A stretch of 64,000 nucleotides of DNA from Chloroflexota bacterium. Lineage in GTDB: Bacteria > Chloroflexota > UBA11872 > VXOZ01. Shown here one piece after another: positions 54,405 to 64,000 of this stretch (positions are counted from its first letter, which is position 1; each line of letters starts with the position of its first letter). The notes under the pieces are model-generated. The model was given only the letters and a program-made list of their open reading frames with translations. It had not been told where the DNA came from and did not search any database. Where the stretch lies: positions 2,464,001 to 2,528,000 of the forward strand of contig OZ244922.1 in the NCBI GenBank assembly GCA_965221905.1, read 5' to 3'. The position numbers were made by a program, and so were the translations under genes.

Positions 54405-55457
54405 TTAATTCTGCCCATGTTCCCGGATCGCCTTCTCTACAGACGCACACCATGCCAATACCGATTCTATTTCATCATCTGTCAACTTCCGAGTAATCAG
54501 GCACTTCAAGTCTCTCTTGCCAGCAGGCTCAAATAGCCCCGTGCCTTTAGCCTGTTCAAGGAGACATTGGATGACATTTTCAGGCAAAGCATCTTTTGCA
54601 ACGATGCCTCCAGCGCCATGAAATGCTGTGTACAGCATCTGTCCAAACCAGACTTTACGCGAGGAACCGTAGCAAACTGGAATAAACGTCTCGTTCTGTA
54701 AGACACTTAGAGAGAAGCCTTTTTCTGACCATCGAATTTCCAGCGATCCTTGCTCAGCACTTGTGAGCATGTGGGAAAAGAGGTGCTTACCGTTTTGGTC
54801 GCAAGCGGCAAGAAACTCGTCCTTAGTAATCCTCCGCTTAGATCCTGCTGAAGCAGGGACCTTACCGGAGGTCTCTTTGTCAACGACAATACGGTGCGTC
54901 ATCAACCGGTTATCATTCGCACCCTGATAAAAGGTGAACTCTACGCACGTGACGTATAGACCTTTTCTGTTTAGGAAAGCTGCCGTCTGTGTGCTCCCAG
55001 GAGTAAAGTTCTGAGCGACAATCACAATGCGTTGATCCTTATTGAGGTGTACAGGTTCATCTCGACCGAGATCAAAGTGACTGCGGTGGCACTCAGCTAG
55101 AACGAGCGAACTGTACTTTCGGTAGCAGCGAAAGATTTTCTCCAACCGTTGAGTATCAAAACCCGCAACAGACGACACGTATTCCAATGACTGGGCAATC
55201 GCCTCGCGGGTTGCTGTGTCGCGCTTCAATTCCACTACAATCACGTTTCCTTGCCGATCCAAGCACAATAGGTCAATGTACCCGCCCAAGTCTGTAGGCA
55301 CCTGACGCCCAATTACGAGGAGACTGCCTCTCTCCAGAATGGCGTCAGGATTGGATTCTAGCCAGTCTTCTAGCACGATTTCCTCATGTTCGTCCTCAAA
55401 GCGAGTAAGTTCAAACTCGACAAACGTACCCGCCGGCTGTATGTGAAATTCTCTCAC
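54405..55457 (-). CDS. NucS/DUF91-like PD-(D/E)XK endonuclease domain protein
   Basis: LEDWLESNP, IGRQV..GYIDLLCLDRQGNVIVVELKR, AQSLEY. Confidence 0.78.
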   Translation of the reverse strand: MREFHIQPAGTFVEFELTRFEDEHEEIVLEDWLESNPDAILERGSLLVIGRQVPTDLGGYIDLLCLDRQGNVIVVELKRDTATREAIAQSLEYVSSVAGFDTQRLEKIFRCYRKYSSLVLAECHRSHFDLGRDEPVHLNKDQRIVIVAQNFTPGSTQTAAFLNRKGLYVTCVEFTFYQGANDNRLMTHRIVVDKETSGKVPASAGSKRRITKDEFLAACDQNGKHLFSHMLTSAEQGSLEIRWSEKGFSLSVLQNETFIPVCYGSSRKVWFGQMLYTAFHGAGGIVAKDALPENVIQCLLEQAKGTGLFEPAGKRDLKCLITRKLTDDEIESVLAWCASVEKAIREHGQN

Positions 55458-55521
55458 GCAATTCTACCTTCATCACAACAATGCAGATTTCTTGGCATCT
55501 CCAGCGCAATCGTAATGCTTC

Positions 55522-56544
55522 CTAAGAGAACTTGAAGTCGTCCAACTCGTCCCGGGGCGCGCGCTCCAGTAACTCAACCGTCGCTTGGGCCACTGTCATT
55601 CCGCCAAAGAGCACTTCATGTAATGTTTCGGTGATCGGCAATTCTACGTCTAGTTGCCCCGCCAAGCGCACGGCAGCACGCGTGGTCGGTACGCCCTCGG
55701 CCACGTTTTCCATAGACTCGAGAATTGCATCGAGCGACTTGCCCTGCGCTAATTGCTCGCCGACGTGGCGGTTTCGACTCTGCCGGCTGGCGCACGTCGC
55801 CATGAGATCGCCTAGCCCTGCCAATCCGGCGAACGTAAGCGGCTGCGCACCCATTGCCACGCCGAGGCGCGTCATTTCAGCAACGCCCCGTGTCAGCAAC
55901 GCCGCCTTTGCGTTGTCGCCAAGGCGCAAACCATCGCAGATGCCGGCCACAATCGCCATGACATTCTTGAGGGCTCCGCCCAGCTCGACGCCAAGTACGT
56001 CGGTGCTCGTGTAAATGCGAAAGCGCGGGAGCATCAAGAGCGACCGCGCCTGTCGTGTTAGGTCGGCATCGACGCCGGCAAGCACTGCGGCAGCGGGCTG
56101 ACCTCCGGCGATCTCGCGGGCAAGGTTGGGGCCGGAGAGCGCCAGCACGTGGCCGGGTACAAGAGTAGGCAACTCCTCCGCAATTAGCGCAGACATCGTC
56201 TTGCCCGCCTCGATATCAAGACCCTTAGTTGCGGATACCAGCATGTGGTCAACTGAAATGTCCGGCGCGATCCAACGAATATTCCGGCGCATCGCTTCTG
56301 AAGGAACTACCAGCAGGATAAGGGTACTCTCTTTTATCGCCTCCTGCGGATCACTAGTGATGTGGACGCCTGACGGAATGGGAATACCGGGCAAGAAACG
56401 CCTATTTTCACCCCACTGCCGCAACTGCGCGGCTTCGCCGTCGGTGCGCGCGAGCCAGCGGACGGGGCGATTCGCTTTGGCCAACTGCACAGCCAACGTG
56501 GTGCCCCACATGCCGGTGCCGACAATAGTGATCACGTCATTCAT
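55522..56544 (-). CDS. gpsA: NAD(P)H-dependent glycerol-3-phosphate dehydrogenase
   Basis: GTGMWGTTLA, ATKGL, SGPNLAREI, GVELGGALKN, GLGDLMATC..SRN, AEGV. Confidence 0.95.
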   Translation of the reverse strand: MNDVITIVGTGMWGTTLAVQLAKANRPVRWLARTDGEAAQLRQWGENRRFLPGIPIPSGVHITSDPQEAIKESTLILLVVPSEAMRRNIRWIAPDISVDHMLVSATKGLDIEAGKTMSALIAEELPTLVPGHVLALSGPNLAREIAGGQPAAAVLAGVDADLTRQARSLLMLPRFRIYTSTDVLGVELGGALKNVMAIVAGICDGLRLGDNAKAALLTRGVAEMTRLGVAMGAQPLTFAGLAGLGDLMATCASRQSRNRHVGEQLAQGKSLDAILESMENVAEGVPTTRAAVRLAGQLDVELPITETLHEVLFGGMTVAQATVELLERAPRDELDDFKFS

Positions 56545-56685
56545 TCGCTGATTGGTGCTTGCATGGCTTGTGAAGACACTATATTCTTGTGCGCCTCAGG
56601 AGGATCGCTTTTAAGGTAGCGCAAGAAATCTCAGGCAACCTTGGACACTTTGCTCTTGGGCTTGCACAAAGGATCTCTGCACTCA

Positions 56686-56844
56686 CTAGAACTTGCCTCA
56701 TAAATACATCGCTCGGTGTAGACCTGCCCTTCGACAGGCTCAGGGCGAACGGATATGGCGAGAATCCGTTCGTGCTAAGTGCTGCGCGAAGCCCTTGTCG
56801 AAGCACAAATCGGCTATCGAACCGATTTATGAGATAGCTTCTAG
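56686..56844. mobile_element. MITE copy B (inverted relative to copy A), CTAG at both ends
   Basis: CTAG-AACTTGCCTCATAAAT...ATTTATGAGATAGCTT-CTAG. Confidence 0.8.
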
Positions 56845-56910
56845 GGTAGCATGGGAACACCTCCCTGAGGTTACTCGTGCGCTGTTGCCCAACGCCATGC
56901 AGTGGAAGGC

Positions 56911-57867
56911 CTAGTAGCCCGCCTTCTTATCCACCACGTTCAAGAGCTGTTCGCCATCAAGGAATCGTTGGAGATTCTGTTGCAACAAGTCATAGAAGTT
57001 GTCATCGTTGTGCGGCGCGGTCCCCGACGTGTGTTGGGTAACAATCACGTTGGGCATGTCCCATAGCTCAGAATCTGGGGGCAGCGGCTCAGGGTCGGTC
57101 ACATCGAGACCGGCGCCCGCGATCCAGCCTTCCTTCAGTGCCTGCAGCAACGGCGCCGCCTGAATGATCCTGCCGCGACCGATGTTGTAAATATAGGCAG
57201 TGGACTTCATCACTTGGAGCTCCGTAGTCCCAATCATGCCTCTGGTCTCCGGCGTAAGCGGGCAGCACACCGCCACGTGGTCCGACCGCTGCAGGAGGTC
57301 GTGCAAGCCGTCCGGACCGATGAGTTCGTCGAGATACGATGGGGGCTCATTGGTGCGGCGGCGGAGTCCAATAACGCGCATGCCCAAATGGTGAGCCTTC
57401 CGGGCAAGTGCCGCGCCGATGCCGCCTACGCCAACCACACCAAGGGTTTGCCCTTCCAGACAGAAAGGATGAAATACAGGCGGACGCCACACGTGCTCGC
57501 GTTGCGCCGAAAATATCTGCCGAAAGTCCCGCGCAAAAGCCAACATCATGGCCAGCACATGCTCGGAAATCTGCGTCGCGTGTAGACTCTGCGCATTCGT
57601 CACGATCACGTCAGACGCAATCAGTTCCGGCGTCAGCAGCCGATCGACACCGGCGCCCGAATTTTGAATCCACTGCAAATTGCGGGCCTGAGGTAAGTGC
57701 TCCTGACGAAAGCCCCCCACAACAACGTGAGCATTCGGAATCGCCGCTGCGTATGCGGCGTCGTTGCTTGGCACTGCGAACTCAATCTGCGAGAATTTAT
57801 GCCGTAGTTGCTCAACTTGGTCTTCGCGTAAGCTCGAAGCAGACAAGACTACTGTTACTGCTGCCAT
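56911..57867 (-). CDS. D-2-hydroxyacid dehydrogenase family protein
   Basis: GAGVD, GVGGIG, PLTPETRG, NIGRG, GAGLDV..PEPL, TQHTSG. Confidence 0.92.
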   Translation of the reverse strand: MAAVTVVLSASSLREDQVEQLRHKFSQIEFAVPSNDAAYAAAIPNAHVVVGGFRQEHLPQARNLQWIQNSGAGVDRLLTPELIASDVIVTNAQSLHATQISEHVLAMMLAFARDFRQIFSAQREHVWRPPVFHPFCLEGQTLGVVGVGGIGAALARKAHHLGMRVIGLRRRTNEPPSYLDELIGPDGLHDLLQRSDHVAVCCPLTPETRGMIGTTELQVMKSTAYIYNIGRGRIIQAAPLLQALKEGWIAGAGLDVTDPEPLPPDSELWDMPNVIVTQHTSGTAPHNDDNFYDLLQQNLQRFLDGEQLLNVVDKKAGY

Positions 57868-57940
57868 AGATTGATTTTGATCCCATGCTCTCTGCGTACT
57901 GTGAGGAATGTAAAACCCAACTCATGATAACAGAGGACTC

Positions 57941-58975
57941 ATGATCAGGCTTAGTGACCTTGACTATGATTTGCCGCCGCACTATATCGCACAACACCCG
58001 TGCGAGCCGCGTGATGCCGCCCGCATGCTTGTCTACCAGCGGGGCACCGGAGAGATTCAGCATAGCCGCGTAGCGCGCCTGGCAGAGTTTCTGCAGCCTG
58101 GCGACTTATTGGTTGCCAACGACACGCGTGTAATTCCAGCGCGGCTCTTAGGGAGGCGCGAGTACACCGGCGGCAAGGTGGAGTTACTCTTGCTACGCGC
58201 TCAAGATTCGCTTCATTGGGAATCGTTGGTACGGCCTTCGCAGCGGCTCAAGCCCGGCGCCCGCGTAAACCTTGAAGGCCCGCACGGGGAAAGCCCGGAC
58301 GTGATTGAAATAGGAGAGAGACTCCCAAACGGCCAGAGGCTTGTACAATTTTACGATGATCCAAACGCCGTGCTCGAACGCCACGGCCAACTGCCGCTCC
58401 CGCCGTACATCCGTGTGCCGCTCGCGGACCCGGCACGTTACCAGACGACCTACGCCCGCGTGCATGGTTCTGCGGCCGCGCCTACCGCCGGTCTCCACTT
58501 CACCCCGCAGCTCGTCCGTGAACTTGAAGCCTACGGTGTGCGCTTTGCTTTCATCACGCTCCACATCGGCTTGGACACTTTTCAGCCCATCCGTGAAGCA
58601 GACCCCCTGCAACACCCTATCCATAGCGAGTATGTGGAGGTCCCGGCAGAAACGGCGCGCTTGGTGCAGGAGACTAAGGCGAACGGCAAGAGGGTTATAG
58701 CAGTCGGCACGACCAGCGTGCGCGCGCTAGAAAGCGCCGCCACTGCACGGGGAGAGATTCAGCCCTTCAGCGGCGAGACGCGACTCTACATCTACCCCGG
58801 CTATAGATTCCGCGTGGTAGACGGCATCATGACGAATTTCCACCTGCCTCGCTCAACGCTGCTGCTGCTCGTGGCTGCATTCACGGGATTGAACGAACTG
58901 AAGCGGATATACCGTACCGCGATCGGAGAGGACTATCGCTTCTACAGCTTCGGCGATTCCAGCCTACTGCTATGA
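57941..58975 (+). CDS. queA: S-adenosylmethionine:tRNA ribosyltransferase-isomerase
   Basis: DYDLP..IAQHP, NDTRVIPARL, PLPPYI, YQT, AAPTAGLHF, VGTTSVR, TNFHLPRST, YRFYSFGD. Confidence 0.97.
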   Translation: MIRLSDLDYDLPPHYIAQHPCEPRDAARMLVYQRGTGEIQHSRVARLAEFLQPGDLLVANDTRVIPARLLGRREYTGGKVELLLLRAQDSLHWESLVRPSQRLKPGARVNLEGPHGESPDVIEIGERLPNGQRLVQFYDDPNAVLERHGQLPLPPYIRVPLADPARYQTTYARVHGSAAAPTAGLHFTPQLVRELEAYGVRFAFITLHIGLDTFQPIREADPLQHPIHSEYVEVPAETARLVQETKANGKRVIAVGTTSVRALESAATARGEIQPFSGETRLYIYPGYRFRVVDGIMTNFHLPRSTLLLLVAAFTGLNELKRIYRTAIGEDYRFYSFGDSSLLL

Positions 58976-58981
58976 ATGCGA

Positions 58982-61177
58982 CTACGCGAGCTTTTCGATG
59001 GGGGCGAACGAGGCGGAAAGGCGCTTGACGCCAATATCCGGGAAGGCAATCGTCACTTCTTCATCAGTTTCAGTAATCTTGCTGCTCACCACCGTACCCT
59101 CACCAAAGACCGTGTGGCGCACGCGATCGCCATCGTGATACTTCCGTTCCTGCGAGGATTGCCCGCGTGGCGGGCGAGTGGTGGCTTGTGCGCCTTGCCA
59201 AACCGCCTCAAGCGGCGCTTGCGGCCGCATCATGGGCCCGGTCACGAGTTCCGGCGGTAATTCCGCAAGGAAGCGGGACGGCAGACGCGCGAGCGAATTG
59301 CCGGTGTAGCGGCGCGCGGCGTAGAGGAGGAAGAGCCGCTCCTTGGCCCGCGTCAGCGCCACATAGCAGAGTCGCCGTTCCTCCGCCATCTGTTCCGGAT
59401 CATCGTAGGAACGAATGTGCGGAAACAGCTCCTCCTCCATGCCGGTCACGAACACCGCCGGGAATTCCAGACCCTTGGCGTTGTGCATGGTCATGAGGGT
59501 AAGCCCCCCTTCCGCGTCCAACCGATCAACGTCGGCGGCGAGCGTCGCCTCGTGCAGAAACAGGCTCAAGCCCTGGGGAGGTTCAATATCGTCGAAGCGC
59601 GCAGCGGCGGCGGCCAACTCCTGCAGGTTTTCTTCTCGGTCCACCACCTCTTCGATGTTATCGCCCTTGCGGATATGCTCCAGGTAACCACAATCTCTGA
59701 TAATCATGTTTACGAGCGCGCTCAGCGGCAAACGCGCCATCTCCTGGCGAAACTTACTCAGCAAAATGCCTAAGTCCTCGAGCGCGGTGCGCGCCCGGGA
59801 CGTAACCGGCAAGGGGTCCGCAATGTTGCCTTCCGCGAGGTACAGTACCGCCTCGGCCGGTGACATGCCTTGCATCTCCGACCACATGGTGAGTGCGGCA
59901 AACGTCTTAGCGCCGATGCCGCGGGGCGGCACATTCGCCACCCGCGCAAAACTCACGGTATCACTGATGTTGTGAATTACCCGCAAGTAGGCGAGGGTGT
60001 CCTTGATTTCCCGTCTCAGATAGAACGCAACACCACCCACCAACTGATAGGGAATGCCGTAAGCGACCAATGCATCCTCCAAGGCCCGCGACTGCGCGTT
60101 TGTGCGATACATGACGACGCAGTCACTCAAGCTGAGACCCTCATTCTGCAATTGGCGCACGGCATTAACGACCAGTCGCGCCTCATCCTCCTCGTCGTGT
60201 GCCGGTAAGACGACCAGCGGCGCCCCGCTCCCTTGGTTCGTCCACAGTTTCTTTTCACGACGGCGGGGTAAGCGGCTGATGATGCTATACGCGGAATCCA
60301 AGATGTTCTGGGTGGAGCGATAGTTCTGCTCTAGCTTTACTACGGAAGCGTCAGGATACTCGCGCTCGAAGTTGAGGATGTTGCGAATGTCAGCGCCGCG
60401 CCAACTGTAGATACCTTGATCGTCGTCGCCGACGACGCAGATGTTGCGGTATTTGGACGCAAGCAAGCGAACTAATTCATATTGCGCGTGATTCGTGTCC
60501 TGGTACTCATCCACCATGATGTAACGGTAGCGATCTTGGTAGTGCTCCCGCACGTCCGAATGCTCCCGAAAGAGCTGCACCACGAACATGATGAGATCGT
60601 TGAAGTCCAGCGCATTGGCATCGCGCAGGGCTTTTTGGTAGCGCCGATAGGCCTTGGCTACAGCTTCTTCAAACGGCCCCTGTGCATGCTCGGCAAAGAC
60701 ATGGGGGGTAATGAGTTCGTCTTTGGCGCGGGAGATCGCATTCAAAACTGCCCGCGGGCTTAGACTCTTCTCGTTGATGCCGAGTGCCTTGAGCACGTTC
60801 TTGACTACAGTCAACTGGTCGGCATCATCGTAGATGGTGAAGCCCTCTTCCCAGCCGAGCCGCCGCAGTTCACGGCGCAAGATGCGCGAACAGAACGAAT
60901 GAAACGTGCTCAGCAGCACATTTTCACCGATCGGCCCGGTCAATTCCCGCACCCGATGCCGCATCTCCTGGGCAGCCTTATTCGTAAACGTAACGCCCAG
61001 TATCTGCCACGCCGGCACGCGCTTGGCAAGCATCAGGTAGGCAATCCGATGGACGATCACGCGCGTCTTGCCGGAACCGGCCCCAGCCAGAATCAATACC
61101 GGACCGGTCCCGGTCTCCACCGCTCGCCGCTGCGGTTCATTGAGATTTTCCAGCAAGGACTCAGGGTTTATGACCAC
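58982..61177 (-). CDS. pcrA: UvrD/PcrA DNA helicase
   Basis: AGAGSGKT, TFTNKAA, VDEYQDTN, VGDDDQ.IYSWRGA, NYRST, AKGLEF, EERRLCYVALTRA, C-terminal Tudor-like domain. Confidence 0.96.
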   Translation of the reverse strand: MVINPESLLENLNEPQRRAVETGTGPVLILAGAGSGKTRVIVHRIAYLMLAKRVPAWQILGVTFTNKAAQEMRHRVRELTGPIGENVLLSTFHSFCSRILRRELRRLGWEEGFTIYDDADQLTVVKNVLKALGINEKSLSPRAVLNAISRAKDELITPHVFAEHAQGPFEEAVAKAYRRYQKALRDANALDFNDLIMFVVQLFREHSDVREHYQDRYRYIMVDEYQDTNHAQYELVRLLASKYRNICVVGDDDQGIYSWRGADIRNILNFEREYPDASVVKLEQNYRSTQNILDSAYSIISRLPRRREKKLWTNQGSGAPLVVLPAHDEEDEARLVVNAVRQLQNEGLSLSDCVVMYRTNAQSRALEDALVAYGIPYQLVGGVAFYLRREIKDTLAYLRVIHNISDTVSFARVANVPPRGIGAKTFAALTMWSEMQGMSPAEAVLYLAEGNIADPLPVTSRARTALEDLGILLSKFRQEMARLPLSALVNMIIRDCGYLEHIRKGDNIEEVVDREENLQELAAAAARFDDIEPPQGLSLFLHEATLAADVDRLDAEGGLTLMTMHNAKGLEFPAVFVTGMEEELFPHIRSYDDPEQMAEERRLCYVALTRAKERLFLLYAARRYTGNSLARLPSRFLAELPPELVTGPMMRPQAPLEAVWQGAQATTRPPRGQSSQERKYHDGDRVRHTVFGEGTVVSSKITETDEEVTIAFPDIGVKRLSASFAPIEKLA

Positions 61178-61499
61178 GAAGCGTTACCCGCATGCCAGTA
61201 GTGAGAAACAAGACCTCAGTGAGGAGTGGGATCGCACGCAGTCTTGAACTGGTTCCGCGCCGCCCTCAGAGCGATTGTAGCATCATCACTTCTCGTGTGC
61301 ATCATTGAAAACACCGTCATGTTAGAGGCGAAATACCTACTCTCACCCTGGGTTAATTCGCCTATGCATTGCCTTTCGTTCCTCAGCAAGCATTGATGAC
61401 CATTCGCTCACGGTTCTCTCTTTACACACAAAGAGCAGCTAAACCTCAGGCCCAACGGGTGATTCAGCTTCTTTTGTCCTCCCAAAGAACCATTAATCT

Positions 61500-61524
61500 A
61501 ATTCCTAGTAAAAATCTAGGAATT
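61500..61524. promoter_or_regulatory. Palindromic operator (Rrf2/IscR-like shape)
   Basis: AATTCCTAG-TAAAAAT-CTAGGAATT upstream of the iron transporter promoter. Confidence 0.45.
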
Positions 61525-61538
61525 TCTACCATATTCGC

Positions 61539-61594
61539 TTGACTAATGAAAAAAAGTTAGGGTACCCTAACTTAGACAATTAGGTATCCCTTTA
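61539..61594 (+). promoter_or_regulatory. Promoter overlapped by DtxR/IdeR-type iron box(es)
   Basis: TTGACT-18-TACCCT; perfect palindrome AAGTTAGGGTACCCTAACTT (61554-61573) resembling TTAGGTTAGCCTAACCTAA; weaker second site ATTAGGTATCCCTTTA. Confidence 0.75.
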
Positions 61595-61720
61595 GCGACG
61601 TTTTGCCGGTGGCCGTCTGCTTATCCAGCGGCGCGGTGAGTGCGCTTTCGCAGAGACCTGGTTGGTCAAATGTGTGCTCAAAGGCCTTGAAGCGCTCGAC
61701 ACGGTAAATACGCAAAGTAA

Positions 61721-62794
61721 GTGGCACGAAAAGGAGCCATTGTTGTGTACGTGAATCGTCGTACCCTTCTTAAGGCCTCGCTGTCGTTGCTCCCCGTAGC
61801 AATCGGGGCGGCATGCGGCAGGGCCGATGTTACTACGAGTGAGACGGCAAGCACCTCTGAGACTGAGCCTACCCTCCTCACGGTCTATTCCGGCAGGAAC
61901 GAAAACCTCGTCGGGCCGCTGTTGGAACAGTTTGGGAAAGATACCGGCATCGCTATTCAGGTAAAGTTTGGCGGCACTGCTGAAATCGCAGCAACTATTC
62001 TCGAAGAGGGCGCGAATAGCCCCGCAGACGTCTTTTACGCCCAGGATGCAGGTGCGCTGGGTGCGCTGCAGGCGGAAAACCGCCTGGCGGCGCTGCCGGA
62101 CGCAATTCTCAACGCAGTGGAGCCGCGTTTTCGCTCTCCGCAGGGCCAATGGGTCGGTACGTCAGGCCGAGCTCGCGTAGTGGTCTACAACACGGAGAGC
62201 GTAAAGCCTGAGGATCTACCCCCGTCGATCTTGGACTTTACCGATCCAATATGGAAGGGACGCATTGGCTGGGCGCCGACGAACGGCTCGTTCCAGGCGT
62301 TCGTCACCGCCATGCGCGTGACGCTTGGGGATGATCGGACCCGAGCGTGGTTGGAAGGCATCAAGGCAAACGAGCCGAAGGTGTACCCCAAGAACACGCC
62401 CACGGTCCAAGCCGCCGTGGATGGAGAGATTGCCGTCGGTTTCGTCAACCACTACTACCTTTTCCGCATTCGCGCAGAGCAGGGCAATGTGCCGGCCGAG
62501 AACTACTTCCCGCCCAACGGCGACCTGGGCGCCCTGATTAATGTGGCCGGAGCCGGCGTGATTGCGGGAACGAAGAACCAAGCGGCTGCAGAGCAGTTTA
62601 TTGCGTATCTGCTATCGCAGCAGGCGCAAGAGTACTTCGCCACAGAGACGTATGAGTATCCGCTGGCGCATGGCGTAGCCGCCCATTCGGACCTGCCGCC
62701 CCTCGCCGCGATCCAGACGCCGGACATCGACCTCAGCGACCTCGCCGACCTGCGCGGCACTCTACAACTCTTACAAGAGGTAGAACTGATCTAA
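61721..62794 (+). CDS. Fe3+ ABC transporter substrate-binding lipoprotein (FbpA/FutA-like)
   Basis: NRRTLLK plus GAAC; VYSGRNE, EGANSPADVF, SGRARV, NHYY. The start may be GTG at 61751. Confidence 0.92.
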   Translation: MARKGAIVVYVNRRTLLKASLSLLPVAIGAACGRADVTTSETASTSETEPTLLTVYSGRNENLVGPLLEQFGKDTGIAIQVKFGGTAEIAATILEEGANSPADVFYAQDAGALGALQAENRLAALPDAILNAVEPRFRSPQGQWVGTSGRARVVVYNTESVKPEDLPPSILDFTDPIWKGRIGWAPTNGSFQAFVTAMRVTLGDDRTRAWLEGIKANEPKVYPKNTPTVQAAVDGEIAVGFVNHYYLFRIRAEQGNVPAENYFPPNGDLGALINVAGAGVIAGTKNQAAAEQFIAYLLSQQAQEYFATETYEYPLAHGVAAHSDLPPLAAIQTPDIDLSDLADLRGTLQLLQEVELI

Positions 62795-62827
62795 TTCCTG
62801 AAAGAGCCTAAGGCGACTTCGTCGAAG

Positions 62828-64000
62828 ATGGCAATTCCTGTAGCGCTACGCGAGACAATTCAAGGCGGCCGGCGGACGTATCAGTCCGCCGGCCCGCCTT
62901 TGCCTCTCCTTCTGACGAGCGGCGTCGTTGCAATCGGAATCTTACTGCCCCTCGCCTATTTGATCATGCGAGCCGCCGGCGCAGGGGATGAAATCTGGCG
63001 GCTCCTACTGCGTCCGCGCTCCGCTGTCATTCTCTTCAATAGCATAGCTCTCGCTTCCGCCGTAACCCTCAGCACCATTGCAATCGCCGTTCCCCTGGCT
63101 TGGCTCGTCGTACGCAGCGATTTGCCCTTGCGGCGGCTCTGGACCAGCCTGCTAGTCGTTCCTCTCGCCGTGCCCAGCTACGTCGGTGGATTCGTGCTCA
63201 TCGGGGCACTGGGGCCGCGCGGCATGCTGCAACGCATACTCGCGCCCTTGGGCGTTGAACGTCTGCCGGAGATCTACGGCTTTCCCGGAGCCTGGCTTGC
63301 GTTAACTCTTTTTACCTACCCCTACGTATTCCTCGTTGTGCGCGCCGCCTTAGGGGGCATGGACCGCACGTTGGAAGAAGCCTCCCGCAGTCTCGGACAG
63401 AGCAGTTGGCTTACATTCTGGAAGATAACCTTCCCGCAGCTCCGTCCCGCGATGGCAGCAGGCGGGCTGCTTGTTGCCCTCTATACTCTCAGTGACTTTG
63501 GCGCGGTGTCGCTCCTGCAGTTCGACTCATTCACGCGCGTAATCTACGTCCATTATCAAGGCTCTTTCGACCGGCACCTCGCTGCCGGTCTCGCACTCGT
63601 GCTTGTGTTTATAACGCTGCTCATTCTCGTTCTCGAGCACTGGAGCCGGGGACGCGCCTACTACCAAAGCGGCGCCCGCACCGGGATGCGGCCACTGCCC
63701 CGGATGGCTCTAGGGAAGTGGCGGATACCGGCCATAGCGCTCTGCAGCATCGTTGCCTTATTCGCTCTCGTCCTGCCCGCGCTCACCGTTGGCTATTGGC
63801 TGCTCCGTAGCGTTTCGTACACAGCAAGTCTCAGTGCGCTGCCCGGCTTGGCGTGGAATACGCTATGGGTCTCCGCGGCGACCGGAATTGCTGCCGTTGT
63901 CCTTGCCGTGCCGGTGGCATACCTGACGGTCAGATTTCCCAGCCGCCCCATTCGCCTCTTCGAGTACGCCATCTATTTGGGTTACGGCCTGCCGGGCATT
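62828..64000 (+). CDS. Fe3+ ABC transporter permease (FbpB-like), truncated by the window end
   Basis: Hand translation gives LLPLAYL, PLAWL..RSDLP, PSYV, YPYV, LEEASRSLG (EAA loop), SDFGAV; no stop seen before the window end. Confidence 0.9.
   Translation, partial: MAIPVALRETIQGGRRTYQSAGPPLPLLLTSGVVAIGILLPLAYLIMRAAGAGDEIWRLLLRPRSAVILFNSIALASAVTLSTIAIAVPLAWLVVRSDLPLRRLWTSLLVVPLAVPSYVGGFVLIGALGPRGMLQRILAPLGVERLPEIYGFPGAWLALTLFTYPYVFLVVRAALGGMDRTLEEASRSLGQSSWLTFWKITFPQLRPAMAAGGLLVALYTLSDFGAVSLLQFDSFTRVIYVHYQGSFDRHLAAGLALVLVFITLLILVLEHWSRGRAYYQSGARTGMRPLPRMALGKWRIPAIALCSIVALFALVLPALTVGYWLLRSVSYTASLSALPGLAWNTLWVSAATGIAAVVLAVPVAYLTVRFPSRPIRLFEYAIYLGYGLPGI

Overview
A GC-rich bacterial chromosomal window, most likely from a Chloroflexota genome. 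That assignment is inferred from the unlinked 23S rRNA, the many Tat/lipobox solute-binding proteins with Ala/Glu/Pro linkers and the repeat families; no database search was run. From left to right it contains: the 5' part of a 23S rRNA gene with its own promoter and no 16S upstream; a 14-repeat RCC1-like lipoprotein and two tandem vWA lipoproteins; an accessory region downstream of tRNA-Ala (frameshifted RHH regulator, GmrSD-type nuclease, two full-length tRNA-Ala(GGC) copies of which one lacks G3:U70, an FN3 protein); a nucleotidyltransferase plus a phosphodiesterase-GT2 fusion; a PrsW-NHL fusion; an N-methylglutamate (methylamine) gene cluster interrupted by an AAA-ATPase two-gene cassette; a hydrolase/solute-binding cluster with a subtilisin-fold protein carrying Glu-His-Cys in place of Asp-His-Ser and an atypical M14 protein; a molybdopterin oxidoreductase/NrfD pair; gpsA, queA and pcrA; and an iron ABC transporter under a DtxR/IdeR-like operator. 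Several REP-like palindrome families and a CTAG-flanked MITE with nested insertions are scattered throughout, some inside coding frames. Product calls come from recognised motifs only.
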